Shown here: positions 44,260 to 55,297 of the stretch, in pieces
How positions within the stretch are numbered: position 1 is the first letter of the stretch
How the letters are laid out: every line of letters begins with the position of its first letter
Source of the DNA: a virus
Length of the DNA: 64,000 nucleotides
Strand: one strand, 5' to 3'
IMG/VR virus record: IMGVR_UViG_3300044678_002668
Coordinates: 15,503 to 79,502 of that record
The notes under the pieces: generated by a model
Databases searched by the model: none
Told to the model about the DNA's origin: nothing
Seen by the model: the letters and a program-made list of their open reading frames with translations, nothing else
Program-made: the position numbers and the translations under genes

Positions 44260-47200
44260 GATATGCCCTTTCGCTTGCGCTACTTGGTACAACGCTTACT
44301 CCAAGAAGAGAAAAAGTATGACGAGCCACGTTATGTTTAAGTCTAAAGAACCAGTAACGGCCTCTTTGTTTTTCTCTTGGAAGATAAGTTCTAAACGGAT
44401 AAGAAGGTCCTGACCCACCATATACACTTTCACCCCAATTAAAATTACCCCAAGTTCCAGAACCTTGCATTGTAAAGTTTACGAAATCATACGAAGCGTC
44501 TAGATCAGTGGCATAGCCCATAGAGGCGTTTTTAAACGTGGTGTTTTCAAAAAGAGTAGTGGTTTCACGTACCTGTTTCATCATGCTAGGATCTCCTAAA
44601 GAGATGGGAGCATAAATTAAATCAGATTCAATGGCTTTTACATGTAATGAAGGTCCCACTACAAAAGGAGGAGTGTCATCAATTTTTACAATACGAACAT
44701 TAGAAAGTACTTCTGTAATGTTAGTTTCATAAAGTTTTGTTCCAACACTATGTTTATAGTCTGAAAAAGAAGGCACTAAGCTTAAATTTAAGCTATCAAT
44801 AAAAGCATTATATTGTGTTTGAAACGTAGCTGGATTAGGATCTGAAGGAGCTACAAACGCAGTGGATAAATCTGCATTTAATTGAGTTACTAGTGCGCTC
44901 ATCAAAGTAGTTAAATTAGATCCAGGCAATACTGAAAAGTTTTGATAAAAGCTAACACTGCCGCTTGGAATAGAAGCATCTAAAGCTAGTTTAAGAGAAA
45001 GGTTTTTAATGTCTGCTAAAGTTACATATTGAGTTTGTAATAGAGCGTCTCCTGCTTTTACTAAAGCAATAGATGGTAAAAGAAGTTCTTTATCTGCATA
45101 TATATAAAAGTTTGTAGTAAATTCAGTGTTAAACTCTCTGTCTGCATAATCTGTTCTATCAAAATTCTTACGTTCTTCTTCTACAACAGCTAAATCAGCT
45201 ACGCCCAAGTATAATTTATTGCTTGAAAGAGATACCAATCCAGATGTAGCGGGCTTATTCCAGTTAGTCCAAGACTGTGTAAAAAGATTATATCTGTAAC
45301 ACTGGGAAGCAGAGGTGTCGTCAGAAGATGATGGGACATATAAGATAAGGGCTCGATCTGTTTCATAAGAAATACCAAAAGTTAAGAATTTAAAATCAGA
45401 GTTATTTAAAAGAGGGAAAAGTTTATTTTCAATAGAACGAGAAATTACTTGTACTCCGCTGTCACTCACAGCTACAATACCTTGGTTTGAAAACATATAA
45501 ACCAAGTTACTTAATACTACGGCACTGTCTGGAGCTAAAATAAAATTAGTTAAATCAAGTGGATATGTAGTAAAATTAGGAGCTTGAGTCCCAGTTACTC
45601 GGAATACTCCGTCTTCTTTTAATACAAGCAGACTATCTCGAAGAGCTAAAATGCGCTCAATGGCTTTATTTTTAGCTCCTAAATCTACATAATTTAAAAG
45701 AGGAAAAGCTTCTGGCTGTTGGTATTTAGAAAAATATAGCCTGTTTGGATTTGTAGAAGCCGCAGAAAATACTGTGGCTTTATACCATAAAACTCTTCCA
45801 GCAGTTTCTGCTCCAGGTAATTCCACAGTGAAAATCGTAGAAGTTGGAGCAGTTAATACTTCATATACTCCGCTATAAGTAGGAAGCTCTAATCCTACTT
45901 CATCTCCTACAAGTAGTCCATGAGCCACATCTGTAGTTACGGTGATGATGGTGGCGCCATTGCAAGACCCTCCCAACACTTCAGGAAGAGTTGGTTCAAA
46001 ATCATCTCTACCAGCAGTACCAACAGTATCTCTAAAGCCTAAAAAGATTTCGTTATCTTCTAACGTATTGGCTGTAAATGTAATACGAGGAGTAAAGTCT
46101 TGAGTTCCAGAAGTATAAAAGAGTTTGACAAAAGTATTGTCAGGATCTGTGTTTGCCACTTTAATTAAGCTTCTAGCTGTTTCGTCAATCTTATCAGAAA
46201 CTGTAATAAAATCTGAACGTTTTACTAAAAGTTTATCTTCTACAAGAACTTCTCCAAAAGCCCTACTTAAAAGGGATGCAGAAAAAGCTCCAGTTGAACT
46301 AGTATCAACATATAAATCTTGGTTTACTGCTGAAGAGGGGAGTCCCCACCAACCAGAAGTGGCATTTTCCGCTGTTATGCGGTTTGAATGGATTGTATGT
46401 ACCCCAGTACCAATAGAAGTAAAATTAACTAAAGTGGTGAGTCCAGAATCTCTATATAGCTTAAATTCATTAGCATTTAATACGTTAACATAATAGCCAC
46501 TAGATCCCATAATTACGGAAGTAATGGGACCTGTTCCAGAGCTGGTAATGTATATTTGATCTCCAGTAGATAAACCATGAGAAGTAATTAAAATGCTGTC
46601 GTTTAATAGATCTAAATCATCGGGTTCAAAAGAAAGCTCATAAGCTTTTAGATTTTTCCAGTCTCCAAAAGCAGTTAAAGCCTCCACTAAATTAGCGGCA
46701 ACTTGAGCTTTATTTGATTTTTTAAATAAAGTTCCTGCTCCAGTTAAAGATAGAGCCGCACCATTATAAGTTGGAGTTACAGAAAAAGTAGTATCAGTAA
46801 GCTTTAGTACATAGAGCTGATCTCCAGCTACTGCACCAGTAACTCCCAGAGTTCCTAAAGCAATTAAATCTCCAGTAGAAAGTCCATGATTGGTAGTGGT
46901 GGTGGCCACTGTTCCTAATACAGAGCTAACTGTAACTTCAGAAGAAGTTTGCACTATGTTTACAGGAATTCTTTGAGCAGTTTCTGGAAACGTAATTGTA
47001 GATAGAGGAGGAGCAGTTTCATTGTCGGAAGTATAGAAATAATACTTTCTTTGTCCATCATACGAATTTAGATAAAACAGTTTATCTTCAAAAGAAGATA
47101 GAGTATCTAAAGTGGAATCTGTAACTTTAAGAGTAAACTTACCAGTTGAGCCACCAATATAATATTTTAAATATCCCAAAGCTCCTTCTTTTTGAAGAGC

Positions 47201-48688
47201 TAAATGAGAAGTGATAACACGGGCTCCTTGAGCTGATACGATGGTTTGATTAGCAGGAAGAGTAATTACTAAAGTAGAGCCAGTAGAAAGAGCTTCAGCA
47301 TCAAACCTACCTACAACTCCACCATGAATTCTAAGATCTGCTGTTGTTCCAGAAGTTAAATCTAAAACAGATCCCATATCATTAACAAGCTGTACTAGAC
47401 TTGTTCCATCATACCGTTTAATGCGGTAGTAAGTATTAGCAATAGCACCGCCAGGTAAACTACCAATAAAACGAGCCTTGAACCCTTCATAAGCGTATAA
47501 CGTAGAGTCATTTAGGATATTTAAAGTAGTGTCTAAACTGACTCCAGTCCTTTCAATGTAGGAGTCAGGAAAAGCCACATAGCACTCATCTCCCACTTGG
47601 AGATTATGAGAACCTGACAAGGTTAAAGTATAAGTTTGACCAGAACTTGTAAAAGAGTTTACATCAAGTCCTTCAAAACCCTCTACACTAAGTACATTAA
47701 TGTCCAAAGTATGTTTAGTGCGAGTATTAGCAGCAAATAAACTTCCTTGAAATTGAGTTAAATCCTTAGCAAAAGGAGGAGTGTAGTTGGATTGTAAAAG
47801 TCCCTCTCCACTAAATTCATTAGTGTATAAGAATGCAGACACTTCCCAAACTTCAGCGGTGGTGGTGTCTGTTAAATCTACATATCCTTTAGCAATATCT
47901 TCAGAGGTGAGAACATGTTCAGCTACTTGCTGCATTTCATCGTTAGGAACTACAGCCGTGGCTAAAAGATCTAAAGAGCTTGTAAAAGGATTGTTACTGC
48001 GATATACCTGAACAAAGTAGTCTGTAGTGAGATTTTCAGGTAGCAATATACGTAAATCTACATTACAAGTATTAGAGCTTACGTTAGTGATAATTACTCG
48101 ATTAGAAGGAGCACCTAAAAGTAAGTTGCTATTGTTGTCATTATATCCAACCACAATGCGATAGGCCACCTTAGATAAAGGTAGCATAAAGCCCGTAGTG
48201 GTGTAGTTAGTGTTTAAAATAGGATCTAAAGCTTGAGGAATTCCAGCATCTAATAGCTTGTTTTCTCCAGAAGAAGCGATAAAAGCATTTGTAGAAGAGC
48301 TGATCTTTTTAATACCTTGAGACGTGGTGACGTATAAGTTTCCATTAACTTCAGCAGATCTAACTCTACGTCCAGTTTCAGTGGGAGCGCATTCAGCATC
48401 TGTGCTGCCATCTGCTTGTTTAAAAGTCTGTAAAGTGGTAGAGGACCCATCATCATAAGCTAGATTGGTACCATATTGGGCTAAAATACGGTCTCTATAG
48501 GATAGGAGTTGATTAGCTCGTCCTGAAGCACTAGCAATATTACGCCATTGCTTAAACCCTCTACGAGGTTGAATGATTCCATCACGGTCAATAACCGTGT
48601 TAAGAGCTTGTAAAAGGGCTCCTTCTGGGATTTCAGAAAGAAAGTTAGGAAGGAGTTGTAGACCTTTGGCTCGAAGCATTACGGCCAT
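44252..48688 (-). CDS. tail tubular protein B / nozzle (P22 gp10, T7 gp12-like) with large insertion
   Basis: NRLYFSK..PEAFP, LLVLKEDGVF propeller motifs; position after adaptor. Confidence 0.65.
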   Translation of the reverse strand: MAVMLRAKGLQLLPNFLSEIPEGALLQALNTVIDRDGIIQPRRGFKQWRNIASASGRANQLLSYRDRILAQYGTNLAYDDGSSTTLQTFKQADGSTDAECAPTETGRRVRSAEVNGNLYVTTSQGIKKISSSTNAFIASSGENKLLDAGIPQALDPILNTNYTTTGFMLPLSKVAYRIVVGYNDNNSNLLLGAPSNRVIITNVSSNTCNVDLRILLPENLTTDYFVQVYRSNNPFTSSLDLLATAVVPNDEMQQVAEHVLTSEDIAKGYVDLTDTTTAEVWEVSAFLYTNEFSGEGLLQSNYTPPFAKDLTQFQGSLFAANTRTKHTLDINVLSVEGFEGLDVNSFTSSGQTYTLTLSGSHNLQVGDECYVAFPDSYIERTGVSLDTTLNILNDSTLYAYEGFKARFIGSLPGGAIANTYYRIKRYDGTSLVQLVNDMGSVLDLTSGTTADLRIHGGVVGRFDAEALSTGSTLVITLPANQTIVSAQGARVITSHLALQKEGALGYLKYYIGGSTGKFTLKVTDSTLDTLSSFEDKLFYLNSYDGQRKYYFYTSDNETAPPLSTITFPETAQRIPVNIVQTSSEVTVSSVLGTVATTTTNHGLSTGDLIALGTLGVTGAVAGDQLYVLKLTDTTFSVTPTYNGAALSLTGAGTLFKKSNKAQVAANLVEALTAFGDWKNLKAYELSFEPDDLDLLNDSILITSHGLSTGDQIYITSSGTGPITSVIMGSSGYYVNVLNANEFKLYRDSGLTTLVNFTSIGTGVHTIHSNRITAENATSGWWGLPSSAVNQDLYVDTSSTGAFSASLLSRAFGEVLVEDKLLVKRSDFITVSDKIDETARSLIKVANTDPDNTFVKLFYTSGTQDFTPRITFTANTLEDNEIFLGFRDTVGTAGRDDFEPTLPEVLGGSCNGATIITVTTDVAHGLLVGDEVGLELPTYSGVYEVLTAPTSTIFTVELPGAETAGRVLWYKATVFSAASTNPNRLYFSKYQQPEAFPLLNYVDLGAKNKAIERILALRDSLLVLKEDGVFRVTGTQAPNFTTYPLDLTNFILAPDSAVVLSNLVYMFSNQGIVAVSDSGVQVISRSIENKLFPLLNNSDFKFLTFGISYETDRALILYVPSSSDDTSASQCYRYNLFTQSWTNWNKPATSGLVSLSSNKLYLGVADLAVVEEERKNFDRTDYADREFNTEFTTNFYIYADKELLLPSIALVKAGDALLQTQYVTLADIKNLSLKLALDASIPSGSVSFYQNFSVLPGSNLTTLMSALVTQLNADLSTAFVAPSDPNPATFQTQYNAFIDSLNLSLVPSFSDYKHSVGTKLYETNITEVLSNVRIVKIDDTPPFVVGPSLHVKAIESDLIYAPISLGDPSMMKQVRETTTLFENTTFKNASMGYATDLDASYDFVNFTMQGSGTWGNFNWGESVYGGSGPSYPFRTYLPREKQRGRYWFFRLKHNVARHTFSLLGVSVVPSSASERAYRG

Positions 48689-48697
48689 TAAACCCCC

Positions 48698-49678
48698 TTA
48701 AGGTCGAAAAGTATACCGACGCGAACGTAAAGGAGACTGTGTATTTACAACTTTTTGTGGACTTCCTTCTACTCGATTTTGTAGTAGAATATTTGTATTA
48801 ACTAGCATTTCGGCTAGTTTAGCATTGGCTGCATTTAGACCTTCCCTGTCTCCTAGGGCTTCTAAACAACGGCAAGCAATACGTTGGGCCAATACTGAGT
48901 GGAGTTCGTCTGTAAGCTGGGGAACTTTTGTTTCCCCTGCTAAAGACACAAAATCTCCTGCTTTTGGCACTCTATAACGAATAGAATTATCAGGGTTTCT
49001 TTGAGCATCTTCTAACTGATTACGAGGAATAACAATGGTGGAAGACGTTACAGCGGAAGGGGTAATATCATATTGCAAGATTTTATAGGGAGAATATCCT
49101 TGAACAATGTCATATTTTTCTTGCGCTGTAAACGCTGTTGGAGAAGCTGCTGTAAAGGTAAGAGTATACTCTTGTGTTCCTGAATTATAGCTTACGCTTT
49201 GAATAGTGGCCACTCGTTCTTCTGCCACCATGTTATTAGGACGCATATAATACGTCATTAACAAATCGTCTCCAGTATTTCCAGGACTATTTAAAGGCAT
49301 TAAATTAATAGTGTTGCTTAGAACATAAAAGCCCCTAGCAAAACCATTACCGTAATAGCTTGGATAATCTCCTAGATCATCTTTGTTAATGCGAGTCATG
49401 TTAATTAGATTGCCTGAGCTATCTAATACATAAACGTCTCTTAGCTTATTTGCAATGGCTCGATATGGAATTTCATATGCCGAGACATTGGGATTAATAG
49501 CAAAAGCTTCTTGAAAAAGCATATGTTCTTCATGTGTTTGAAGAACGTTAGGAACCATGCCAATCAACATTTCTTCGTTAGCAAAACGAAGAAAATCAGC
49601 CGTTGTAAACGTCTGTTGATTAGTTGGAATTAAAGCCCTATTTTTTACGCTTTCAATAAGCGTGGAAGACGTAAGCAT
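48698..49678 (-). CDS. head-tail adaptor / tail tubular protein A
   Basis: LIESVKNR..DFLRFANEE N-terminal helix; synteny. Confidence 0.6.
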   Translation of the reverse strand: MLTSSTLIESVKNRALIPTNQQTFTTADFLRFANEEMLIGMVPNVLQTHEEHMLFQEAFAINPNVSAYEIPYRAIANKLRDVYVLDSSGNLINMTRINKDDLGDYPSYYGNGFARGFYVLSNTINLMPLNSPGNTGDDLLMTYYMRPNNMVAEERVATIQSVSYNSGTQEYTLTFTAASPTAFTAQEKYDIVQGYSPYKILQYDITPSAVTSSTIVIPRNQLEDAQRNPDNSIRYRVPKAGDFVSLAGETKVPQLTDELHSVLAQRIACRCLEALGDREGLNAANAKLAEMLVNTNILLQNRVEGSPQKVVNTQSPLRSRRYTFRP

Positions 49679-49698
49679 TGTAAAACCTTTCAGAAATA

Positions 49699-50091
49699 TT
49701 AAGACTTCATCTTAGCAAGCATTTCTTGAAGGTCTTTTAGCTTCTCCTCTAACATGGCAATTTTTTCATCTTTATCCATGTCCATATCTTCTTCCATGTC
49801 ATCGTCTTCTTTTTCGCCCATTAAAGCATCAGCCATTTCTACAGGATTACCTTCTTCAGGCAACTCTTCTAAAACGTCTTCAGCTTTTTCTAAACCTTTT
49901 TTAAGACCTTCTTTGTCAGGAGCAGCTACAGTTACTTTCTGCATCATTCCTGATTTTAAAGATTCTTTCATGTCATCAGAAGCAGCATCACGTAAATCTT
50001 TAACTACGCTCATTTTAGCTTCTTTTTCTAATTGGTCAGCCTTTTTTGGCTTACCAAACTTTTCTGCCATATATCCTTTAAGATCTTTCAT
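49699..50091 (-). CDS. acidic hypothetical protein
   Basis: KVTVAAPDKEGLKKGLEKAE; GGGAG RBS. Confidence 0.75.
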   Translation of the reverse strand: MKDLKGYMAEKFGKPKKADQLEKEAKMSVVKDLRDAASDDMKESLKSGMMQKVTVAAPDKEGLKKGLEKAEDVLEELPEEGNPVEMADALMGEKEDDDMEEDMDMDKDEKIAMLEEKLKDLQEMLAKMKS

Positions 50092-50105
50092 CTTAATATT
50101 CTCCC

Positions 50106-50765
50106 TTATGTAAATACGGCCAATAGGCCAATTAAAACTAATGCAATATATAATTTTTTATTATGAGATTTGATTTCTTCTTTAAAAAGATCCAACTCAT
50201 GTTTCATTACAGTCATCTTATGTTCCAACGCCTCTACAGCCGAATTATCTGCTTTGTGAACAATAATGGGATTTGGAACTTGAACGGGTTCTGGTTTAGG
50301 TAAGTTTTTAATCTTTTCTTTTAAATCAGACATTTCTTTTTCTAAAAGATCTAAACTAAAAGCAGTGTCTAGCTCAACTTTAGAGACTTCTTCTTTGCAC
50401 GAACATTTAGGATGTTTTTTGTGCAGGAGCTTACGAACTCTAAGTTTATTTTTTAAAGCGTGTTTATAAAGGTGTTCCATTTCATCTGCAAGTAAAGCAA
50501 ATTTTGCTTCATCTGTAAACGTAGGTCCAGGCTCAACTACCTCAAAAGGAAAAGGTTCTTCTTCTTTAATGGGCTCAGCTTTAATTGGAGCGTGAAAAAA
50601 GGTAGCAAATTCTTGATCTTTTACAAAAGCTTGACGAGCCCGTTCCTTATCAAAAGGAACTAATACAAAACCTTGCTCTTGAAGTTGTTTTAAAACGTCT
50701 TCGGAAGGATTTACTAAAATCCTTACAATATTTCCGTTTTGTTCAACCATTATTTTCTGTTTCAA
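50106..50765 (-). CDS. hypothetical protein with C-terminal TM
   Basis: ORF track. Confidence 0.7.
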   Translation of the reverse strand: MKQKIMVEQNGNIVRILVNPSEDVLKQLQEQGFVLVPFDKERARQAFVKDQEFATFFHAPIKAEPIKEEEPFPFEVVEPGPTFTDEAKFALLADEMEHLYKHALKNKLRVRKLLHKKHPKCSCKEEVSKVELDTAFSLDLLEKEMSDLKEKIKNLPKPEPVQVPNPIIVHKADNSAVEALEHKMTVMKHELDLFKEEIKSHNKKLYIALVLIGLLAVFT

Positions 50766-50922
50766 GAGTACCTTCTTTTTTATCTTTTGTTGATTCTGTT
50801 AAAGCTTTTACAATTGTTTCTAAAGCTTTTGCTATTTCTCTATGTTCTTTAGCAGTGGCTACATGTTTTTCACACACTTCCGCAATTGTTTTTAAAGCTT
50901 TGTTTAATTCTTGGATATCCAT
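50743..50922 (-). CDS. hypothetical protein
   Basis: GAGGTG RBS before MDIQE. Confidence 0.65.
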   Translation of the reverse strand: MDIQELNKALKTIAEVCEKHVATAKEHREIAKALETIVKALTESTKDKKEGTLETENNG

Positions 50923-50946
50923 AACACCTCGCAAAGCCTTATTTTA

Positions 50947-51324
50947 TCAGATTTCAACCCACCCTTCAATATAAATAAATCTTTTAGGAGCTGTTAAAGT
51001 TTGTTGTAAACCATTGATAGAGCAATTAATAGCTTGAGGACCACCAACCATTAAACCTACAGTAAATTTAGAAAGAGGTTTAGGATTTAATGGAAAAGTA
51101 TAAGAAGCTCCCTCTTGAGCTATTACAATAATTTCATTCAATCCAAATAAAAGACTGTCGTCTTCTGCGTTACCTTGAATACGAATACTACCATCTGTTT
51201 TAAATGTTAAGATATCGTCTTTAGATGTGGCTACAGGCATGGTGCCTTCTGGAGCTTGTACAACTCCAAAAGACTCAATTTGAGCTGGACGAATAAAAGT
51301 ACCTGTAATTGGATCAAAAGGCAT
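50947..51324 (-). CDS. putative virion protein
   Basis: ORF track, coupled. Confidence 0.7.
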   Translation of the reverse strand: MPFDPITGTFIRPAQIESFGVVQAPEGTMPVATSKDDILTFKTDGSIRIQGNAEDDSLLFGLNEIIVIAQEGASYTFPLNPKPLSKFTVGLMVGGPQAINCSINGLQQTLTAPKRFIYIEGWVEI

Positions 51325-51325
51325 C

Positions 51326-51592
51326 TTATGGCTCCACTACAGTGGCATTAGAAACGTATTGTTTTGTGCCGTCTGTATAATTAATGGTAATGGTGCCTAC
51401 AAGAGTTCCACTTGCTCCGCCTCTTTTATATGTATATACTTCTTGAGTGGCAGAAGGGTAGGCTACACTGTAATAATCAAAGTCAAATTTAATTAAAGAG
51501 CTTGCAGCAACAGTGCGAAGAGCATAGCTATCCTGGTCAAAGGATTGCTTAATTGCTCCTCCCATATCTGCATTAATGTTTCTTTTTGCCAT
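51326..51592 (-). CDS. putative virion protein
   Basis: GAGG RBS; beta-rich; preceded by late motif. Confidence 0.7.
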   Translation of the reverse strand: MAKRNINADMGGAIKQSFDQDSYALRTVAASSLIKFDFDYYSVAYPSATQEVYTYKRGGASGTLVGTITINYTDGTKQYVSNATVVEP

Positions 51593-51601
51593 AAGTCCTC
51601 G

Positions 51602-51614
51602 ATATTATTTGTTA
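51602..51614 (-). promoter_or_regulatory. putative late promoter motif
   Basis: TAACAAATAATAT, ~10 nt before ATG 51592. Confidence 0.65.
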
Positions 51615-54029
51615 ATTCAATCGTTTAAATACTACGTAAGCACTATCTAGTCCAACAGGACCGTCTGAATAGGCTCTTACGTCTAAAATGTCTCCTGCAA
51701 CACAATCAGTAACAACATCAGTACCTTGAAGAACTCTGTTATATGTGCCAGCAGTTTCAATTTGAGTTCTGTCCATAATGTTATATTGAGAACCATTTTT
51801 AAAAATATATAACTCTTGAACACTTCCAACTGTCCAAGAAGCAGAGCCACATCGTAAAAATGTAGTTATTTCATAATCTCCATCTGCTCCACTTGGAACA
51901 GTAAACCTACCTGTAGAGGTGTTATATGCAGAGCTGGTATCTTTGTTTTCAGTTCCGTTTATAACAATGGGAGTAGTGTTGTTAATTAGAGTGGCAGCAT
52001 TAGAAGCTCTAGCAAAAATATATGGACGAGGTTCTAAGTTTACCCAAGAAGTACCATTATAATATTTTAAAAATCCTGTAGAGCTGTTATAATATGTAGC
52101 TCCACCTTCTGGAGTTCCAGGGTCTGCTGTGGCTACTGGAGGTCTAAAATAACGTCCAGCGGCAACAACTTTACCTCGTGTGCCAGAAACAACAGTTCCA
52201 GCTATAAGGTTAACGTCTCCACTAGAACCTGTACCAGATACGTTACCTGTACCTACAGTGGCAGAACCAGAAGTTCCATCTACTACCGTACCGCTTCTAA
52301 AAGTTTGGGCTCCGCTTGATGTGGCACCAGTTTGGTTTGTTGTACCAACTCGACCAGAACCGTCTGATGGCATACTAAAAAATACACCATGTAGAGAAGC
52401 CCAACGAACTGTTCCAGAACCTAAGTTTTTAGTATTATTAGTATCTGGTATAATATCAGCATTAACAGCCGTTGAAGCTAAGTTATTAAGAGAAGTGGTG
52501 GCTCTTCCATCAATGTCTGTTTGTAATTCGTTTAAAGCTCCTTGTACATCAGTGGCTGCTAAATTACCAGAAGGAATATTACTAATAGCAGAAGCATCAT
52601 GTGCATCAGCGGCATCAGAAAGATGGTTTGATAAATCTGTAGAAACTGTATTAATTTGTGTTTGTATTGCAGAAGTAACTCCAGATAAATGACCTAATTC
52701 TGTAGAAGTTACAGTGGAATGAGTGGGAATACCGTTAGCATCAGAAATTAAAGCTCTTGCCGCTGTAATGGCCGCAGCATCTATCATAGTTCCAGTAGCG
52801 TTATTAACAACCATTCTATTGCCAGTACCGTTTGCTAGCTTTGATCTAGCAATTGCAGCAGAAGCACTTACATCAGCATTTACAATAGTGGACGCACTAA
52901 ATACACCAGCATTAGCTTTAACTACCCCAGTAAAAGAAGCTCCGCTAGTTCCTAATCCACCACGAGAAGCTGAAAGAGCTGATTCACTGGACATTACTCC
53001 AGTACCGTCATTAATTAATACGTGGTTAGCAGTACCAGACGCTAATTTAGATCTAGCAATTGCAGCGGCTGTAGCAATATCAGTATTTACAATGGAGTTT
53101 GATAGGTTTAATTTACCATAAGTAATACCAGCGGCAGGATTTACGTCAGCATTAGTTAATAAAGCTGCCGTTACGTTATTGCTTGCGTCTAGTTTTAGGA
53201 TTGTAGATGGAGAAAGAGCTGAAAGATTTAACGTTCCACTAAAAGTTTTATTACTTGTAAAAGTTTCTGAAAGATTTAAAGAAGCAAGTGTAGCACTTCC
53301 AACAGGATATGTATAAGTACGAGATCCAGCTTGTGCTTCAAAATCTAAAATAATATTGTGAGTGGCAGTGGGTGGTAATACCTCAAACTCACCGCTATTA
53401 GCAGGAGCTTTAAATATCCAACCATCTCGTGTAGGATTAGTACGAACATAACCCGTAATGGAGTTAGCTTCTTCTACTTCTAAACCAGCAGAAGCTGCTG
53501 ATCCTGCACTACCTCCGTTATTAATAGTAATAGCTTTGTCTGCCACTTCATAATTAGTGACATTTTGAAAAGCCGTAGTACCTTGTACGTTAACTGTAGC
53601 ACCACTATTACCAATATTAATAATTTGAGCAGTGGAGTCAGTTCCAATATTTAAAGTACCGTTAGTAGCACGTTGAATAGAAGTAGTAGTAATTTGCTCA
53701 GCGGCTAGTTTATTAGCCACGCTATCGTAGGTTAGTTCTGCTTCTGACGTTAAGTTACCACCCGTATCCGTAAATATTACTCGTCCAGAACCTAATGAAG
53801 CAGTTAAGTTAGGAATTTGTCTAAAGTTAGTATCATTAGCCGTAGTGGTATGTTTAATATATACGCCACCAGTAGAGGTAGACATATAAATAGATCCAGG
53901 AGAAAGACTAATACCAGGAGCTACTGAGGTGGGGTCTACACTTCCAGTGGCAATGGTGGTGCCTTCAGCTAACTTTAAAGCTGATTTAAGAGCTTTTAGT
54001 CTATCTCCAGAAAAAATAACTGAGGCCAT
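51612..54029 (-). CDS. tail fibre / spike protein with C1q/TNF-like tip
   Basis: S/T/G/A-rich, repeated AIARSKLA and HDASAIS modules; C-terminal AYNTSTGRFTVP..GDY. Confidence 0.75.
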   Translation of the reverse strand: MASVIFSGDRLKALKSALKLAEGTTIATGSVDPTSVAPGISLSPGSIYMSTSTGGVYIKHTTTANDTNFRQIPNLTASLGSGRVIFTDTGGNLTSEAELTYDSVANKLAAEQITTTSIQRATNGTLNIGTDSTAQIINIGNSGATVNVQGTTAFQNVTNYEVADKAITINNGGSAGSAASAGLEVEEANSITGYVRTNPTRDGWIFKAPANSGEFEVLPPTATHNIILDFEAQAGSRTYTYPVGSATLASLNLSETFTSNKTFSGTLNLSALSPSTILKLDASNNVTAALLTNADVNPAAGITYGKLNLSNSIVNTDIATAAAIARSKLASGTANHVLINDGTGVMSSESALSASRGGLGTSGASFTGVVKANAGVFSASTIVNADVSASAAIARSKLANGTGNRMVVNNATGTMIDAAAITAARALISDANGIPTHSTVTSTELGHLSGVTSAIQTQINTVSTDLSNHLSDAADAHDASAISNIPSGNLAATDVQGALNELQTDIDGRATTSLNNLASTAVNADIIPDTNNTKNLGSGTVRWASLHGVFFSMPSDGSGRVGTTNQTGATSSGAQTFRSGTVVDGTSGSATVGTGNVSGTGSSGDVNLIAGTVVSGTRGKVVAAGRYFRPPVATADPGTPEGGATYYNSSTGFLKYYNGTSWVNLEPRPYIFARASNAATLINNTTPIVINGTENKDTSSAYNTSTGRFTVPSGADGDYEITTFLRCGSASWTVGSVQELYIFKNGSQYNIMDRTQIETAGTYNRVLQGTDVVTDCVAGDILDVRAYSDGPVGLDSAYVVFKRLN

Positions 54030-54040
54030 AGTTTATATCC

Positions 54041-55297
54041 TTAACCTAAGAAGGTTACAATGAAAGAGCCAGCAGTGGGGGCAGATCCATTAGAACGAAC
54101 TGTAATGCGCGTAGAAGCATTAATAGAGGCTTCTAATGGAGAGTCCTGTCCAGGTCCTACATAAGCTAAAAGACTACCAGAAGCAGCTCCTGTTCGTAAT
54201 TGAAGAGTTTCCCCAGTGGTTTCATATAAAGCTATCTTTTTTACTGCACTACCAAAACCAGCAGTAATTTCATAAGGAGCAGTTACAGAGTTTGGAATGG
54301 ATGAAAAGTCCACTACAAACGATCCTAATACTTGAAGAGGATTTAATTTTGTGTTAATAGAAGAAAGAGAAGTATTAGCAGTGTCTTGTTTAGCTTCTGT
54401 AGCGGCTCCAGTTGGAAGAGTTGAACTTACCACTGTAACGCTATCTGTGTCAACAGAAATTATTTTTCCATCAATATTGCTTAAAGTACTTTCTGTAGCG
54501 GCATCTGGAGGTAAAACAGCATTTGTTACATCTGCTTCTACTGTTAAAGCTCCTGAAGGATTTACTTTTACATTAACATATCCTCCACCTCCACCAGTAG
54601 TTTCTCCAGTAATGATGGAACGATTTAATTCTGCAAACATATTACTGTTTACAGTTTGACTTAAAGTATAAAGAGAACCTTGAACTTTTGTAGTTTTAAA
54701 AATAGTTTGAAGTCTAAACGCAGTTTGAGGAGAAGCTCCGTTAATGTATACTATTCGAGCATACCTAAATTCGGCATTAAAAATATACCCTACTCCAGAA
54801 ACAGCAGTATATGTTGTTGAATGGGAATGATCCCAATTTACTCCATTAGTAGAAAATTCTACTCTTACTCCGTTTGTAGCAGAAGGAACATTTGAAAATA
54901 CGTTAACATTAATACAAGCATAGTTAGTAATATCAAATGCCGTGCCAGTAAAAACTCCTGCTCCAGCTAATAAAGTGGTAGAAGAGTTTCCAGCATCTAC
55001 TTGTCCATCTAACTCAATGGAATTTGATACAGTTACAAGACCGTTTGATCCAATGTCAACAGGAACTTTACCACCAATTAAAGCGGGAGTTTTGTTGTCA
55101 ATGGATGTAATGCTAGTTTCTAAACCGTCTGTATTATTTTCAATATCGGTTAAAATAGCTGTTTGAACGTCTTGCTTAGCAGCGGTGGCTAATCCACCAG
55201 CTCCTGTAGAGGCAACAATATTTACTTGAACGGATTCCGTAGCTGGGTCATAAACCTGTTTAACTACGTTTCCAGGACTTAAATCTTTAGTAGACAT
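54041..55297 (-). CDS. virion structural / fibre-associated protein
   Basis: ATxAKQD/ATESTL repeats, S/T-rich. Confidence 0.65.
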   Translation of the reverse strand: MSTKDLSPGNVVKQVYDPATESVQVNIVASTGAGGLATAAKQDVQTAILTDIENNTDGLETSITSIDNKTPALIGGKVPVDIGSNGLVTVSNSIELDGQVDAGNSSTTLLAGAGVFTGTAFDITNYACINVNVFSNVPSATNGVRVEFSTNGVNWDHSHSTTYTAVSGVGYIFNAEFRYARIVYINGASPQTAFRLQTIFKTTKVQGSLYTLSQTVNSNMFAELNRSIITGETTGGGGGYVNVKVNPSGALTVEADVTNAVLPPDAATESTLSNIDGKIISVDTDSVTVVSSTLPTGAATEAKQDTANTSLSSINTKLNPLQVLGSFVVDFSSIPNSVTAPYEITAGFGSAVKKIALYETTGETLQLRTGAASGSLLAYVGPGQDSPLEASINASTRITVRSNGSAPTAGSFIVTFLG

